A DNA stretch of 64,000 bases from a bacterium (GTDB lineage: Bacteria > Eisenbacteria > RBG-16-71-46 > CAIMUX01), in the NCBI GenBank assembly GCA_030431975.1, contig JAUIHP010000007.1, positions 66,554 through 130,553 of the forward strand, in the 5' to 3' direction. Made by a program: the position numbers and the translations under genes. How positions within the stretch are numbered: the stretch's first letter is position 1; each line of letters opens with the position of its first letter. Below the pieces are notes generated by a model. The model was not told the DNA's origin. It made no database searches and saw nothing but the letters and a program-made list of their open reading frames with translations. This document shows, in pieces, positions 1 to 9,824 of the stretch.

Positions 1-291
1 TCTGCGGCGAAATGCAAAATCGAGTGTTCACGACGAGCCTCCGACCTCGCCACCTTGGCGATGGAGATTTGCGGCGGCGTCGCCTGCCTCGATGAGTTTG
101 GTTTGATACGTCATTTTCGAGACCTTTTCGTTTGCCGGGTCGGCGAAGGGAGCAACTTCGCTCTCAAGTCGATGTCGACGCGCCCTCTTGTCCCGGAGAT
201 CGCGGACATACTCGAGTAATCGTCCTCGAGTTGCCGAAGCCGGTTCCTCTCCCGGCGTGCAGCGAAGAAAAACAGCATAAGGCGGGGCCGT

Positions 292-1020
292 GTGAACGAT
301 CCTGTGTCGAGAGAAAGCCTGGAACCGCTCGGCGACCAGATCGCCGGGTTCGAGGTTGCCTTCAGCTCGCCGCATGAACTCGTGCTCGTGAAGCCCGCCG
401 GTATTGCCTCGGAACTGACCACCGATCGCCAAGGCGTCTCGCTCATTTCGCGCGTCCGCGCCGCCGGCTTTCCCCAGGCTCGACTCCCACATCGGCTCGA
501 CCGCATGACGAGCGGCCTTCTTCTCGTCTCGCTGTCGAAGGAAGCGGCGGCTCACCACAGCGCCCAGATTCAGGAAGGGAACTGGAAGAAGTTCTATGTC
601 GCTCGCATCGTGGCGCCGCGACATGAGGAACTCCTTTTGGGAGAGCAGAAGGCGTACCTCAAGCGGAGGCGCGACAAGATGTCGGTCGTGCGCGCGGGGG
701 GGAAGCCTTCTTTCATGGAGATCCTGAACGTCGCGCCGGTACCGCATGAGCCACGGCAAAGTCATGTCGCGATCCGGCTCATGACCGGGCGTTACCATCA
801 GATCCGCGTCATGATGTCGGAACTCGGTTGTCCGTTGATCGGCGACTCGTCTTACGACGGGCCGACCGGTGACCCGTTCCTGGAGCACGTCGCGCTGTCA
901 TTCTTGCCCATGGATGCGGCGGAGCCGGTGAGGATCTTTCGGCGGGATGATGAGCGTCGGGAGGCGGTGGCGGGGTCGGTGATGGATGCGGTGGGGGCGG
1001 CGTTGTTGGGAGAGGAGTGA
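292..1020 (+). CDS. RluA-family 23S rRNA/tRNA pseudouridine synthase
   Basis: Translation carries the catalytic motif 'HRLDRMTSGLLLV' (HRLD..TSG) and 'GRYHQIRV', typical of the RluA/RsuA superfamily. The minus-strand ORF 28..888 that overlaps it is judged spurious. Confidence 0.8.
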   Translation: MNDPVSRESLEPLGDQIAGFEVAFSSPHELVLVKPAGIASELTTDRQGVSLISRVRAAGFPQARLPHRLDRMTSGLLLVSLSKEAAAHHSAQIQEGNWKKFYVARIVAPRHEELLLGEQKAYLKRRRDKMSVVRAGGKPSFMEILNVAPVPHEPRQSHVAIRLMTGRYHQIRVMMSELGCPLIGDSSYDGPTGDPFLEHVALSFLPMDAAEPVRIFRRDDERREAVAGSVMDAVGAALLGEE

Positions 1021-1544
1021 TTAGTGTGATGGTTCACGGAGTCAAGGCGGTCGCCGCGCTCGTCGCAGGGTGCTGCTGTCTCACAGACTCAGCCGGCGCC
1101 CAGATCATCGCTCAATACCTCGCAGACCTTTCCAGCGATCAAGTCGTACCGCCTGTCGAGTCCTCCGGTGTCGCCGGCGTCGCGATGGTATGGGATCATG
1201 GTGGTCCCTGCGACGATACTTCCAGGACGCTTGAGTTCTGCCTCAACTTTGGATTCCTCATAGGAACTCCGATCGCTGTCGACCTGTTTGTTGGAGTTCC
1301 AGAAGCCAACGGTCAGTTCTATGCAACAGTTCTCAGCGACATTCCGGACGACCTCTGCGTTGAGATAACGGCAGACTGGCCGCCGTGTAGCCTCTGGCAG
1401 AGCGACAGCCTGTACTTGGTGCTCAGGACAGATCGCTTTCCCGAAGGTGAAGTCCGTGGGCAGCTCATCTATGAGGAACCGCGGCCAACCATTCGACAAT
1501 CATGGGGAACAACCAAAGCGATCTGGCGGCCCCTGGATAAGTGA
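1017..1544 (+). CDS. CHRD domain-containing protein
   Basis: The C-terminus reads '...FPEGEVRGQLI', matching the CHRD signature G-E-[IV]-R-G-Q. Its start overlaps the upstream stop (GTGA). Confidence 0.5.
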   Translation: MISVMVHGVKAVAALVAGCCCLTDSAGAQIIAQYLADLSSDQVVPPVESSGVAGVAMVWDHGGPCDDTSRTLEFCLNFGFLIGTPIAVDLFVGVPEANGQFYATVLSDIPDDLCVEITADWPPCSLWQSDSLYLVLRTDRFPEGEVRGQLIYEEPRPTIRQSWGTTKAIWRPLDK

Positions 1545-1697
1545 GGGGTACATCGTGGCCAAAGGACGGTAGCTGGCGAGCCCGCGCGAACTACCGCGCC
1601 CGAACCGCGCCACCGAAAGGAAGTACGACAACTGAGACTGAAGAGAAGAACATCTTGTTCCGTCTCCAGGCTCTTTCTCCGCGTCGTTTTCCTCGGC

Positions 1698-2087
1698 GTG
1701 GCCACCTTGTCCCTTCCCTCATGCACCGTCATCGGGAATCAGATCGGAAGATCGATGGAGGATCCGGCCGCAGGGATTGTCCGAGAGCAGTCGATTCGCA
1801 ATCTGGATTCCGGCTGGAACGTCAAGGTCTTCACCGACAATCGTACCTACACTGGCGAGGTTCAGCGCGTCGTGCCGCGAGGGAACGGCGACCTCCTGGT
1901 ACTCCGATCGGACGATAACGGCGAGATCTATCATCTACCGGAGGCGAGCATCCATTTCGTCGAGCGGCCGCGAAAGTCGGCAACTACGTCCCTCCTGACC
2001 GCGCTTGGGCTTGGGATCGATTCGTTTCTGCTCTACCAGGTCGCGGTGATTGTCAGAGACCACTCGGCAACCTTCGAACCCGATTGA
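1698..2087 (+). CDS. hypothetical small protein (possible lipoprotein, 'LSLPSC' near N-terminus)
   Basis: An ORF in GC-typical codon usage lying between two confident genes on the same strand. It has a GTG start and no recognisable domain. Confidence 0.3.
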   Translation: MATLSLPSCTVIGNQIGRSMEDPAAGIVREQSIRNLDSGWNVKVFTDNRTYTGEVQRVVPRGNGDLLVLRSDDNGEIYHLPEASIHFVERPRKSATTSLLTALGLGIDSFLLYQVAVIVRDHSATFEPD

Positions 2088-2189
2088 CCGGGACGGATCA
2101 GGCAGACCGAACAGGCTGGACTAGACCATGCCAGAGTCCTGGCTAGCTCGCGCTCGAATCACGGTCCGACTTCCTCTACCCTCCACAAG

Positions 2190-3266
2190 ATGACGCTACC
2201 CAGAATCGTTCCGGACGAACTCCGCGTCCGCGGCCGCACCCGCGAAGTCCCGGAAGACTTCGAAGTCACCGAGATTCCAGCCTACGAGCCCGTCGGACAT
2301 GGCGAGCATCTTTTTCTTTGGGTCGAAAAGCGGGGGCGAAACACGGAGGACGTCATCCGTGCCCTGACTCGGCTTCTTCGAGTTCCGCCGACGGAGGTCG
2401 GGACGGCGGGGATGAAGGACCGTCACGCGGTGACGCGGCAGTTCGTTTCCGTGCCGTTTGCCAGCCTACCTGAAGAGAGTCAGACGGCGGTGCGCGCGGG
2501 TGGGCTTCCGGAGCTCGATCTTGGCAACGACATTCGCGTGCTAAAGGCGGGCCTTCACGAGAACAAGCTCCGCACCGGACATCTCTACGGGAATCGGTTT
2601 CGCATTCGTGTACGTGGCGTCTCCGACGGAGCGGAACAACATGCTTGCGAATCTGCTGAGATCCTTCGAACCAAGGGGTTGCTCAACGCCTATGGGAGCC
2701 AGCGCTTTGGCCGTGACGGCGAAACGCTTCGTCTTGGTGAAGAGCTGATTCGGAAAGGACGTTCGTCGCGAAAGCTCTCCCGCAGTCTCAAGCGTCTGGC
2801 CCTTTCTGCGGTGCAGTCGCATCTCTTCAACCAGGTCCTAAACCATCGACACGCAGAGTCGACGCTCTTCACGGTCTTGGCGGGCGATGTGATGCAGAAG
2901 GCTCCGGCGGGCGGAAAGTTCGTCGCGGAGGACGTTGACGCGGAGCAGAAGCGTCTGGATGCGGGGGAGACCTTGATCACGGGGCCGATGTTTGGCCGCA
3001 AGATGCAGGATCCGAAGGGGCGACCGCTCGAGATCGAGGAATCGGTACTGGCCGGGAACGACTTCACGCGCGATTCGTTCTCCGGGCACGGCAAGCTGTT
3101 GCTGGGTGCCCGGAGGCCGCTGGTTGTCCCTCTGCCGACCCTGACCGTGACGACGGACACGGATGGGTTGATCCTCGAGTTCGAACTCCCGGCTGGATCC
3201 TATGCGACGCGCGTCCTCGACGAGATGGTGGACGAAGCGGTCCCTGGAGTGGGCAGCCGTCACTGA
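2190..3266 (+). CDS. truD: tRNA pseudouridine(13) synthase TruD
   Basis: 'GMKDRHAVTRQF' matches the TruD catalytic Asp motif (GxKDxxAxTxQ). N-terminal 'EDFEVTEI...GEHLFLWVEKRG' matches the TruD N-terminal block. Confidence 0.85.
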   Translation: MTLPRIVPDELRVRGRTREVPEDFEVTEIPAYEPVGHGEHLFLWVEKRGRNTEDVIRALTRLLRVPPTEVGTAGMKDRHAVTRQFVSVPFASLPEESQTAVRAGGLPELDLGNDIRVLKAGLHENKLRTGHLYGNRFRIRVRGVSDGAEQHACESAEILRTKGLLNAYGSQRFGRDGETLRLGEELIRKGRSSRKLSRSLKRLALSAVQSHLFNQVLNHRHAESTLFTVLAGDVMQKAPAGGKFVAEDVDAEQKRLDAGETLITGPMFGRKMQDPKGRPLEIEESVLAGNDFTRDSFSGHGKLLLGARRPLVVPLPTLTVTTDTDGLILEFELPAGSYATRVLDEMVDEAVPGVGSRH

Positions 3267-4492
3267 AATGTGAGAGTCGCGGCCGCCATCCGGATGCCGG
3301 GTGTCCACTGATAGCGTTCCCACTCCGGCCGGTCGTCTCGCAGAACGAGATACAAGCGAACGGAGCTTGCCGTCTCCGGCGGCGGATCGAGTCGCACGAC
3401 GTCGTCCAACTCCTCCATGTCTACCTTCTCGCCGTCGTCGGAAACCAGAAACGCATACTCGCTGTCGACCGAACCCTCGGCCTGCCAAAGCCACCGGTAG
3501 TCGATCCTTTCTTCGAACCCGCTTGTTCCGGTGAATGGAGATGCGTAGAACTCTGTGCTCCCACTGGCCCGTAGGTAGTAGGTCCACCCGGACTGGACGT
3601 CGACGACCGTTTCCATCGGGGCCTCTCCGGAGTTCTCCGGCGAGTAGGCGATGGGAATGGTCACGATGTCATCCGCGAATTCGTCGAGGTCCTTCCACTC
3701 CGCGTTCTCGCGGGGGATCGCGGCGATCTCCCACTGTGTGACGGTCGGGTTGGTGTTGACGTTCTCACTGCCGAGATTCGAGCTGTAGCGGACGGTCAGT
3801 CCTTTGGTCACGTCGACCGTGGCGTGCGAGTTTTCGAGCCGCACTCGCAGCCGGACCTGACAGGCAAAGAGGTCTGCGATCCCTCGGATGTAGGCCTGCT
3901 CTTCCGGGTCCATCGCCTCAATGTCTTCTCTCTGTAAACTCGAGAGGAGTTGCGCGACCTCGTCACGGCCCGCCGGCGGTTCCCCCTGCTCGGGGAAGAG
4001 TTCCGCGATCAGCTCGGCGATCTCTTCGTCCTCTTCCATGCCTTCGAGGCTTGGGGACCAGTAGAGAGCGGAGTCGGGCACGACGAAGGAAACGACTTGC
4101 CGGACGTACCCTCGTGAGTCGGCTACGGGTGGTAGAACATCGGCTTCGGCGTCGAGATCGAGAAACCGGCGCTCTACCGGATCGACTCCGTAGAGACCGG
4201 CGTCGTACTCCTGAGCAAGTCGCCAACGAACGTCCGTGCCTGACGGGTTGTTGTCGAACCAGGTCAACGTTGCGGTCACCGTTTCACCGGGAGCGGCCTC
4301 CGGAGGATCGACTTCCAGCGTCAAAGGACGCGGTTTGTCGTCCGGTCCCAAGTGCATTTCCTGTCCGACAAAGTCGTCGGAACAGCCGGAGAGCAGGACC
4401 AACGATGTGAGCAACAGCGCTGCCCACTTGGGGCGATGGGCGTTGCCTACTTCTGCATTGAGAGACGGACGGACAGAGAGTCGAGTCAGCAT
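3260..4492 (-). CDS. acidic surface/periplasmic lipoprotein encoded immediately downstream of the TonB-dependent receptor
   Basis: A signal peptide is followed by the lipobox 'LLSGC'. The 410-aa protein is acidic, has no recognisable domain, and is separated from the receptor stop by 13 nt. Confidence 0.6.
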   Translation of the reverse strand: MLTRLSVRPSLNAEVGNAHRPKWAALLLTSLVLLSGCSDDFVGQEMHLGPDDKPRPLTLEVDPPEAAPGETVTATLTWFDNNPSGTDVRWRLAQEYDAGLYGVDPVERRFLDLDAEADVLPPVADSRGYVRQVVSFVVPDSALYWSPSLEGMEEDEEIAELIAELFPEQGEPPAGRDEVAQLLSSLQREDIEAMDPEEQAYIRGIADLFACQVRLRVRLENSHATVDVTKGLTVRYSSNLGSENVNTNPTVTQWEIAAIPRENAEWKDLDEFADDIVTIPIAYSPENSGEAPMETVVDVQSGWTYYLRASGSTEFYASPFTGTSGFEERIDYRWLWQAEGSVDSEYAFLVSDDGEKVDMEELDDVVRLDPPPETASSVRLYLVLRDDRPEWERYQWTPGIRMAAATLTFQ

Positions 4493-4505
4493 CGTTCATG
4501 TCTCC

Positions 4506-7199
4506 TTAGAACTCGACGCGAACGCCGAGGGACGGGGTCGGAATCCAGCCGTAGGACTCGCGTTCCGTGTAGTCATAGTTGTAGGTGTAGCCTTCGGGTG
4601 CGTTGTAGATCGGGTAGTTCACGGTCTGCAGATCGGCGTAGACCGACCAGATGGAGTTCCGGCGAATGAACTTCCGGTCGATGCGGAAGTCGACACGGAA
4701 GAACGGATCGAATCGCTGCGAGAGATAGGTTCCGCCGACCGCGACATACTCACCCGTGTCGGCGTCGTATTGCAGCTGCCCGTCGGTGTAGTTGAGGTAC
4801 GGGGTTTGCGGATTTCCGGTCACGTACTGCACGCGGAGTCCGGTCGATATGTTGTTGCCCCAGTTGTAGGAACCGACTGCCTCGAAGTGATGGGTCTGGT
4901 CAAAGGTGTGCGGTACCCACTGCCCGGAGTCCCAGGTGGCATCGGGATCCGTTCCAATGTCGTCGAAGCCGCCGAGAGACTCTTCGGGACGTCGTTGGAA
5001 TCGACGCTCGGCCTTGCTGAGGCTGTAGGACAGCCAACCGAAGAACCGGTCGCCGGCTTCTCGGCGAAGCATGAACTCGATCCCGTACATGCGGCCGTCG
5101 GCGTCGGCGGCAAAGTTGAGATCGAGACTGTCGGTGACGACGGGAATCTTCGACTGCTGGTTGAAGTAGCCCTCTATTTTGAGCGACGTGCGATCGTTGA
5201 TTCGCCACTCATCGCCCAACGTGGTGTGGAGCGCTTCTGTCGGAGGCAGGTCGGGATTGCCGAAGACGGGATCGGTGGCCTGTCCAGCGGGCTGTGGGTC
5301 CTGGTTGTAAGTTCCGACCGAACCCGTCAGCGTGTGGCTGTCGTTGAGACGGAACCGTGAGGACAGGCGGTAGCTCATGGCTCCGTCGGCCAGGTGATCG
5401 TAGTAGTCGTAACGGACGCCCGGGCTCAGCAGCCAACGTTCCATCGGTCGGTAGTCGAGAAACGCGTAGTAGCCCAGGTCGGAGAAGTCCTTCTTCTGGT
5501 CAGTCGTCGGTTGTCCGGCGACTTGAACTTTGTAGTCGAACGGACTCAAGGCGAGGTCGACTCCGACGTGGGTCGTCAGCATCGGGTTCCACTCGACCGA
5601 CGTTTGGTTGCGAAGCTGGTAGTAAGGCCCTTTGTTGTCGAAGTCGAACTCTCCGAAGATATGACCCTGTTCCCGGTTGTGACCCGCGGCCAGGCGCAGG
5701 CTGTTCGAAAGCTTGGATCCCCAGCGGTCGTCCCAACCGACGATGAAGCGACTGAAGACGAGATCGGTTTCGATCGAGTTGGTGGCGGCGTTGACCTCGG
5801 CGGATCCTTCCTTTTCTTCCGGAAAGACGATCTCCGTCCGGTCACCGGTGACGAAGGCCGTGGCGAAGAAGCGTCCTCCGCGATCCAGGCGCCGGTCAAC
5901 ACGCAGGATGCCGTCCCAGTAGTAGGGAGCGACGGCGAGGTTGAGAACGTCGTTGCTTTCGAAGACGGCGCTGGCGAGTTCTCCAACGAAGCTGCGCCGA
6001 GCCGTGAACATCAAAGACCAGTCCTTATTGAGCGGCCCTTCCGCGTGAATGGAGGAGTCGAGCAGGCTGACGTCGACGACCCGCTTCCAACGGTCGAGCC
6101 GGGCCGGCTTTCCTTTCAGTTCGACGATGCCGCCGATGGCGCCGCCGTAGCGCGTCCCGAAGCCGCCTGGATACAGATCGACGCTCTCCAAAGACAAAGA
6201 GTTGTAGGTGGACTTCAGACCCCCGAAGTGGAAGAGCAGCGGGATGTCGATCCCATCGAGATAGAAGCGAGTGTCGTCGTTCCCGCTTCCGCGAACGATG
6301 ACTGCGCCGGAGTTGGCCAGGGACGGGCGAGCGACACCGGGTAGCGCTTGCACGCTCTTGATGACATCACCACCGAAGCCGGCCAATCGCTCGATCTCTT
6401 GCACGGAGAGGCTTTGACGGGTGACTTCCGTCTCTTCTTCTTCGCCGTAGACGACGATCTCGTAGGCGTCGTAGTTCGTTCGAGTCAGCCAGAGCGTGGT
6501 TTCCAGCTTCTCCTCGCGGGCCAGGTCTTCGGCCACTTCGACCGGGAGATAACCGCTGTTCGGCGCGGTCACGCGAATCCGACCCGGCGGCAAAGACTGG
6601 AAAGAGAAACGGCCTTCTTCGTCGGTGAAGGTGACGAGGCGTCCTTCTTCCAGAAACTGTCCGGTGAAGTCTCCGATGCGAGCGAGGTAGGTATCCAGGG
6701 GAACGGGAAGTTCCAGGGGGTTGACGGGTTCGACCACGACCATGGCGTCGCGAATCGGATCCCGCGTGCCTCGCTCCTTGAGTACGCCTTCCAGATTGAT
6801 CACGGCTTCCACATCGCGGACCGCGTCCTCCAGCGAGAACTCGTAAGCGAACTGCACGAAGACGGGAACCGGCGCGCCTTCTGCTGTGGCCGGTTCGAAA
6901 GTGAAGTGTCGAGCGGCCTCGGCGGCGGCTTCGTTGAGTGCCGGGCTGGGCCCTTCCACGATGGATACGGAGTCCACCCGGCCCTGCTCGGTGATCAGGA
7001 GTTCGAGGAGGACGACGCCCTGGCGACCGGCCTGCATCTCTTCCGGCGGATAGACGGCATCGACGAAGTTGATGAGGACCGGATCGCTGTCGGGTGCGAG
7101 GACTTGGGTGTCCGAAGTCCCGGCATGTACCGACGGGCAGAGAAACAGCTGCAACAAGAACGATGCGATGGTCGTGGTCGCGACGATGAACGTTTTCAT
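4506..7199 (-). CDS. TonB-dependent outer-membrane receptor with N-terminal TonB_C-like and carboxypeptidase-regulatory-like domains
   Basis: After the signal peptide, 'AVYPPEEMQAGRQGVVLLELLITEQGRVDSVSIVEGPSP...ARHFTFEPA' resembles a TonB C-terminal domain. A plug region follows ('DTRFYLDGIDIP...GGAIGGIVEL'), then a long beta-barrel ending in a C-terminal Phe ('GVRVEF'). Confidence 0.85.
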   Translation of the reverse strand: MKTFIVATTTIASFLLQLFLCPSVHAGTSDTQVLAPDSDPVLINFVDAVYPPEEMQAGRQGVVLLELLITEQGRVDSVSIVEGPSPALNEAAAEAARHFTFEPATAEGAPVPVFVQFAYEFSLEDAVRDVEAVINLEGVLKERGTRDPIRDAMVVVEPVNPLELPVPLDTYLARIGDFTGQFLEEGRLVTFTDEEGRFSFQSLPPGRIRVTAPNSGYLPVEVAEDLAREEKLETTLWLTRTNYDAYEIVVYGEEEETEVTRQSLSVQEIERLAGFGGDVIKSVQALPGVARPSLANSGAVIVRGSGNDDTRFYLDGIDIPLLFHFGGLKSTYNSLSLESVDLYPGGFGTRYGGAIGGIVELKGKPARLDRWKRVVDVSLLDSSIHAEGPLNKDWSLMFTARRSFVGELASAVFESNDVLNLAVAPYYWDGILRVDRRLDRGGRFFATAFVTGDRTEIVFPEEKEGSAEVNAATNSIETDLVFSRFIVGWDDRWGSKLSNSLRLAAGHNREQGHIFGEFDFDNKGPYYQLRNQTSVEWNPMLTTHVGVDLALSPFDYKVQVAGQPTTDQKKDFSDLGYYAFLDYRPMERWLLSPGVRYDYYDHLADGAMSYRLSSRFRLNDSHTLTGSVGTYNQDPQPAGQATDPVFGNPDLPPTEALHTTLGDEWRINDRTSLKIEGYFNQQSKIPVVTDSLDLNFAADADGRMYGIEFMLRREAGDRFFGWLSYSLSKAERRFQRRPEESLGGFDDIGTDPDATWDSGQWVPHTFDQTHHFEAVGSYNWGNNISTGLRVQYVTGNPQTPYLNYTDGQLQYDADTGEYVAVGGTYLSQRFDPFFRVDFRIDRKFIRRNSIWSVYADLQTVNYPIYNAPEGYTYNYDYTERESYGWIPTPSLGVRVEF

Positions 7200-7202
7200 T
7201 GA

Positions 7203-8045
7203 TTACTCCTCGAACTCGAATCGAATCTTGTGCGTGATCCAGACGGCGACGGGTTCGCCGTCCCGAATCGCTGGGCGAAAGGTGAAACTGAGAAAGGCTC
7301 GTCGGGCGACTTCGGGCGAGTCGTGGCCGAAGTCCGAAAGGATCTCGACGTCTTTGACACGTCCATCGACATCGATGAGAAGGCGCGCGGTGACGGTGCC
7401 TTCGGCCCGGTGCTCTTTCATGAGTTCCGAGTACTCCGGCTTGGTGCGTCGTACGGGAACGGGGGCCTGGTCGACGGATGAAGTGGCGACGAGGGTTCCG
7501 GTGAGGTCACTCTCGGTCGCGACCAGGTCGTCCATGCGACCGTCGATCGTGTTGCCGAGTTTGCTGACCAGACCCGGTCCATCCCCACCGGCACCCAGTC
7601 CCTGAGCCATGATCTTGCGAACACCGTAAACGCGGCGTGGCGGCGCTTCCGGCTTCGGGGGCTCGGCTTCGGTCGTGGGTGAAGTTTCTTCCTTTGGCTT
7701 CGCAGGCTCCGGCGGCTTGGGCTTCTTCACCGGCTCGGGAACGACGGGGTTTTTCCGAACCGGGGCAGCCGGCTCGACGACCGGTGGCGCCGGCTTCTCT
7801 TCCGGAAGAGGTAGGGGTTGAAAGCGGACGGCAACGTCGTCGATTCCGCTCACCGTGGAATCGATATCGACCGGAGGCGCAGTCGCGATCAGGGCCCAAC
7901 TGAGCGCCACGGCTGCGATCGTCGAAAGGTTCAGGGCCCAGTTGAATCCGCTGTTTCCGCGAGGAGTTGTCCTTCGTGCGTGTTCGTTCGTCATCGTGCT
8001 CAGGGGGCCGAGAGTGGCGACGTTGTTTGCGGATGTGGACGTCAT
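7203..8045 (-). CDS. tonB: energy transducer TonB
   Basis: An N-terminal TM helix is followed by a Pro/Lys/Glu-rich spacer ('PEPVKKPKPPEPAKPKEE') and a C-terminal TonB_C domain ('EGTVTARLLIDVDGRVKDVEIL...FRPAIRDGEPVAVW'). The start was chosen at M35 of the track ORF, where ATGA overlaps the exbD stop. Confidence 0.75.
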   Translation of the reverse strand: MTSTSANNVATLGPLSTMTNEHARRTTPRGNSGFNWALNLSTIAAVALSWALIATAPPVDIDSTVSGIDDVAVRFQPLPLPEEKPAPPVVEPAAPVRKNPVVPEPVKKPKPPEPAKPKEETSPTTEAEPPKPEAPPRRVYGVRKIMAQGLGAGGDGPGLVSKLGNTIDGRMDDLVATESDLTGTLVATSSVDQAPVPVRRTKPEYSELMKEHRAEGTVTARLLIDVDGRVKDVEILSDFGHDSPEVARRAFLSFTFRPAIRDGEPVAVWITHKIRFEFEE

Positions 8046-8539
8046 GACCCCTCCGTTTGGGTGACCAGGGAAAGGTCCGTGAATCCTGCCGCGCTGCAGG
8101 CGCGGAGGACCTGCCCCAGGACTTGGAAGTCGTGATTCCGGTCGCACTGAATGAGCAACGCATCGCCGCCAGGTGAATTGTTTTCTTGAAGCGAAGCATC
8201 ACCCGCGAGCTGGCCTGTCATCTCCTGTCGCTTCGATGTCAGGGCTGCCGTGAGTACTTCGCCCTCGTCGCTTCTGTCAGACAGCACTGCGACAGGGCTG
8301 CCGTTGAAGAGGACCTCGTCCGGAGTGATCTGCAACGTCGGCAGGGATCGGCCTCGGTCGGCCTTGTCCGAAGTCGGAAGATGGATCTCGTCGTTGACCT
8401 GAGTAAAATTCCCGTCGACGGAGAAACTCTTCAGAAGGAAGACCAGAAGAATCGTGATGAGGTCGACGAGCGCGGTCAGCTCTGGCCGGGCGATCTTCTC
8501 TGTGATTCGCGCGGAACGTGCAATGCGTGTCGGTGTCAT
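8042..8539 (-). CDS. exbD: biopolymer transport protein ExbD/TolR (copy 2)
   Basis: A single N-terminal TM helix ('LTALVDLITILLVFLL') with ExbD/TolR-like topology. Its start overlaps the upstream stop by 4 nt. Confidence 0.8.
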   Translation of the reverse strand: MTPTRIARSARITEKIARPELTALVDLITILLVFLLKSFSVDGNFTQVNDEIHLPTSDKADRGRSLPTLQITPDEVLFNGSPVAVLSDRSDEGEVLTAALTSKRQEMTGQLAGDASLQENNSPGGDALLIQCDRNHDFQVLGQVLRACSAAGFTDLSLVTQTEGS

Positions 8540-9138
8540 TTGGAATCTCCCGTGCTTTCGGCCAAACCGAGGTTCGTCCAACCGGCGGAGCGGCAGAGGT
8601 CGAGACAACGGACGACGTCCTGGACAGGAACTCGAGCGCCGGTGGCGATGACGACTCTTGGCTCGGGGGGAGTCGTTGCGCCCGAACCCGGCTCCTCTGC
8701 GTCCGGGTCGGAGAGCGTTTCCGAAGCGGCGGTCGAACCCGGTCGCGCGCCCGAACTCGCATCCGCACCATTACTTGTTCCTGACGTTTGCCCGCGTTCG
8801 GCTCGGACTTGAGCTCGGGCCGCCAGCAGTACGTCGTTCAACTGCCGAAAGCGATCTTCCAGAGTTTCATCCGGTCCGGCTTCCATCAGAGTGACGTCGC
8901 CTACGCTGGCCATGATCCGGTTCGTGTCGAGATTCACGATCAAGGGCAGGTCCTCGAGCTTCTGTGCGATATCGCTGCCGTCATTTCCCGGAAGAAAGAA
9001 GCGGTGTGTTCCGAGCTGCGTGAAGACCGCCATGCTGATGAGAAACGGAATCAGAATGACGAACATGTTCATGACCGGCGTGACGTCGATCGTGCTCTCG
9101 GTCACATCCGAGACTCTGCGCAAGACGCGCGAATTCAC
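8536..9138 (-). CDS. exbD: biopolymer transport protein ExbD/TolR (copy 1)
   Basis: 'DVTPVMNMFVILIPFLI' TM segment followed by an ExbD-like periplasmic domain. An ATGA overlap couples it to exbB. Confidence 0.8.
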   Translation of the reverse strand: MNSRVLRRVSDVTESTIDVTPVMNMFVILIPFLISMAVFTQLGTHRFFLPGNDGSDIAQKLEDLPLIVNLDTNRIMASVGDVTLMEAGPDETLEDRFRQLNDVLLAARAQVRAERGQTSGTSNGADASSGARPGSTAASETLSDPDAEEPGSGATTPPEPRVVIATGARVPVQDVVRCLDLCRSAGWTNLGLAESTGDSK

Positions 9139-9824
9139 GACTGGCCTCCCATCGCGGAAACGGCGGCCGGAGTGGCGCCGACCTCACCTCGTGGCGAACG
9201 GCGAGCCCGAAGGAAATTGAGAAACGCGAGGGCGCCGGTGTCGAGATCATCGATGAGTTCGCGCCGACGGCTGTTGAGCTTTGCGTGCGCGACCATGCAG
9301 GGGATGGCCACCATGAGGCCGGCTGCGGTCGTGTTCATCGCTTGCGAGATACCGCTGGCCAGAAGCGAAGCCTTCGTCGCGGCGTCGGCCACGGCCAGAG
9401 AAGCGAACGCGTCCTGCAGTCCGAAGATCGTTCCGAGGAGCCCGGCCAGGGTTGCGACGTTGGCGATGACCGCCAGGTAGTCGACACGCTGCTGCAGGCG
9501 CGGTACTTGTCGCAGCGCTTCCTCTTCGACGGCTCCGTGAACCTGTTCGACCGTGCGTCCCGAAAGGTGTCGATCCAGTGCGGTCCGAAGAAGCGATGCC
9601 GCCGGTGCGGTGGAGAGACGAAGTCCGTTCTTGTTTTCCGAAGGGCGTCCGCTCTCGAGCTGCGTCTCGACCTCTGAGATCAGCGACTCGGACTGGCCGC
9701 GACAGGTGACGAAGTAGAAATACGTGCGTTCGATGATGATGACGATTGCCGCGGCAAAGAGTGCGGCGAGGACGGCCATGAACGGGCCGCCGTCTCCGAA
9801 GAAGCGTTGAACGGTTTCAAACAT
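9135..9824 (-). CDS. exbB: MotA/TolQ/ExbB proton-channel protein
   Basis: Three TM segments and the conserved C-terminal block 'GLLGTIFG...TTAAGLMVAIP'. The start was chosen at the ATG with a GGAGG Shine-Dalgarno sequence 8 nt upstream. Confidence 0.85.
   Translation of the reverse strand: MFETVQRFFGDGGPFMAVLAALFAAAIVIIIERTYFYFVTCRGQSESLISEVETQLESGRPSENKNGLRLSTAPAASLLRTALDRHLSGRTVEQVHGAVEEEALRQVPRLQQRVDYLAVIANVATLAGLLGTIFGLQDAFASLAVADAATKASLLASGISQAMNTTAAGLMVAIPCMVAHAKLNSRRRELIDDLDTGALAFLNFLRARRSPRGEVGATPAAVSAMGGQS

Noticed and set aside
28-888. 286-aa minus-strand ORF overlapping the RluA-like gene
   Set aside because: It lies antisense to a gene with clear catalytic motifs. Its translation is Arg/Pro-rich with no recognisable domain, which is the typical high-GC antisense artefact.
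4236-5360. 374-aa plus-strand ORF (also 5394..6344 and 6348..7202) inside the TonB-dependent receptor locus
   Set aside because: It is antisense to a receptor gene whose plug and barrel motifs are unambiguous, and it shows no domain signal.
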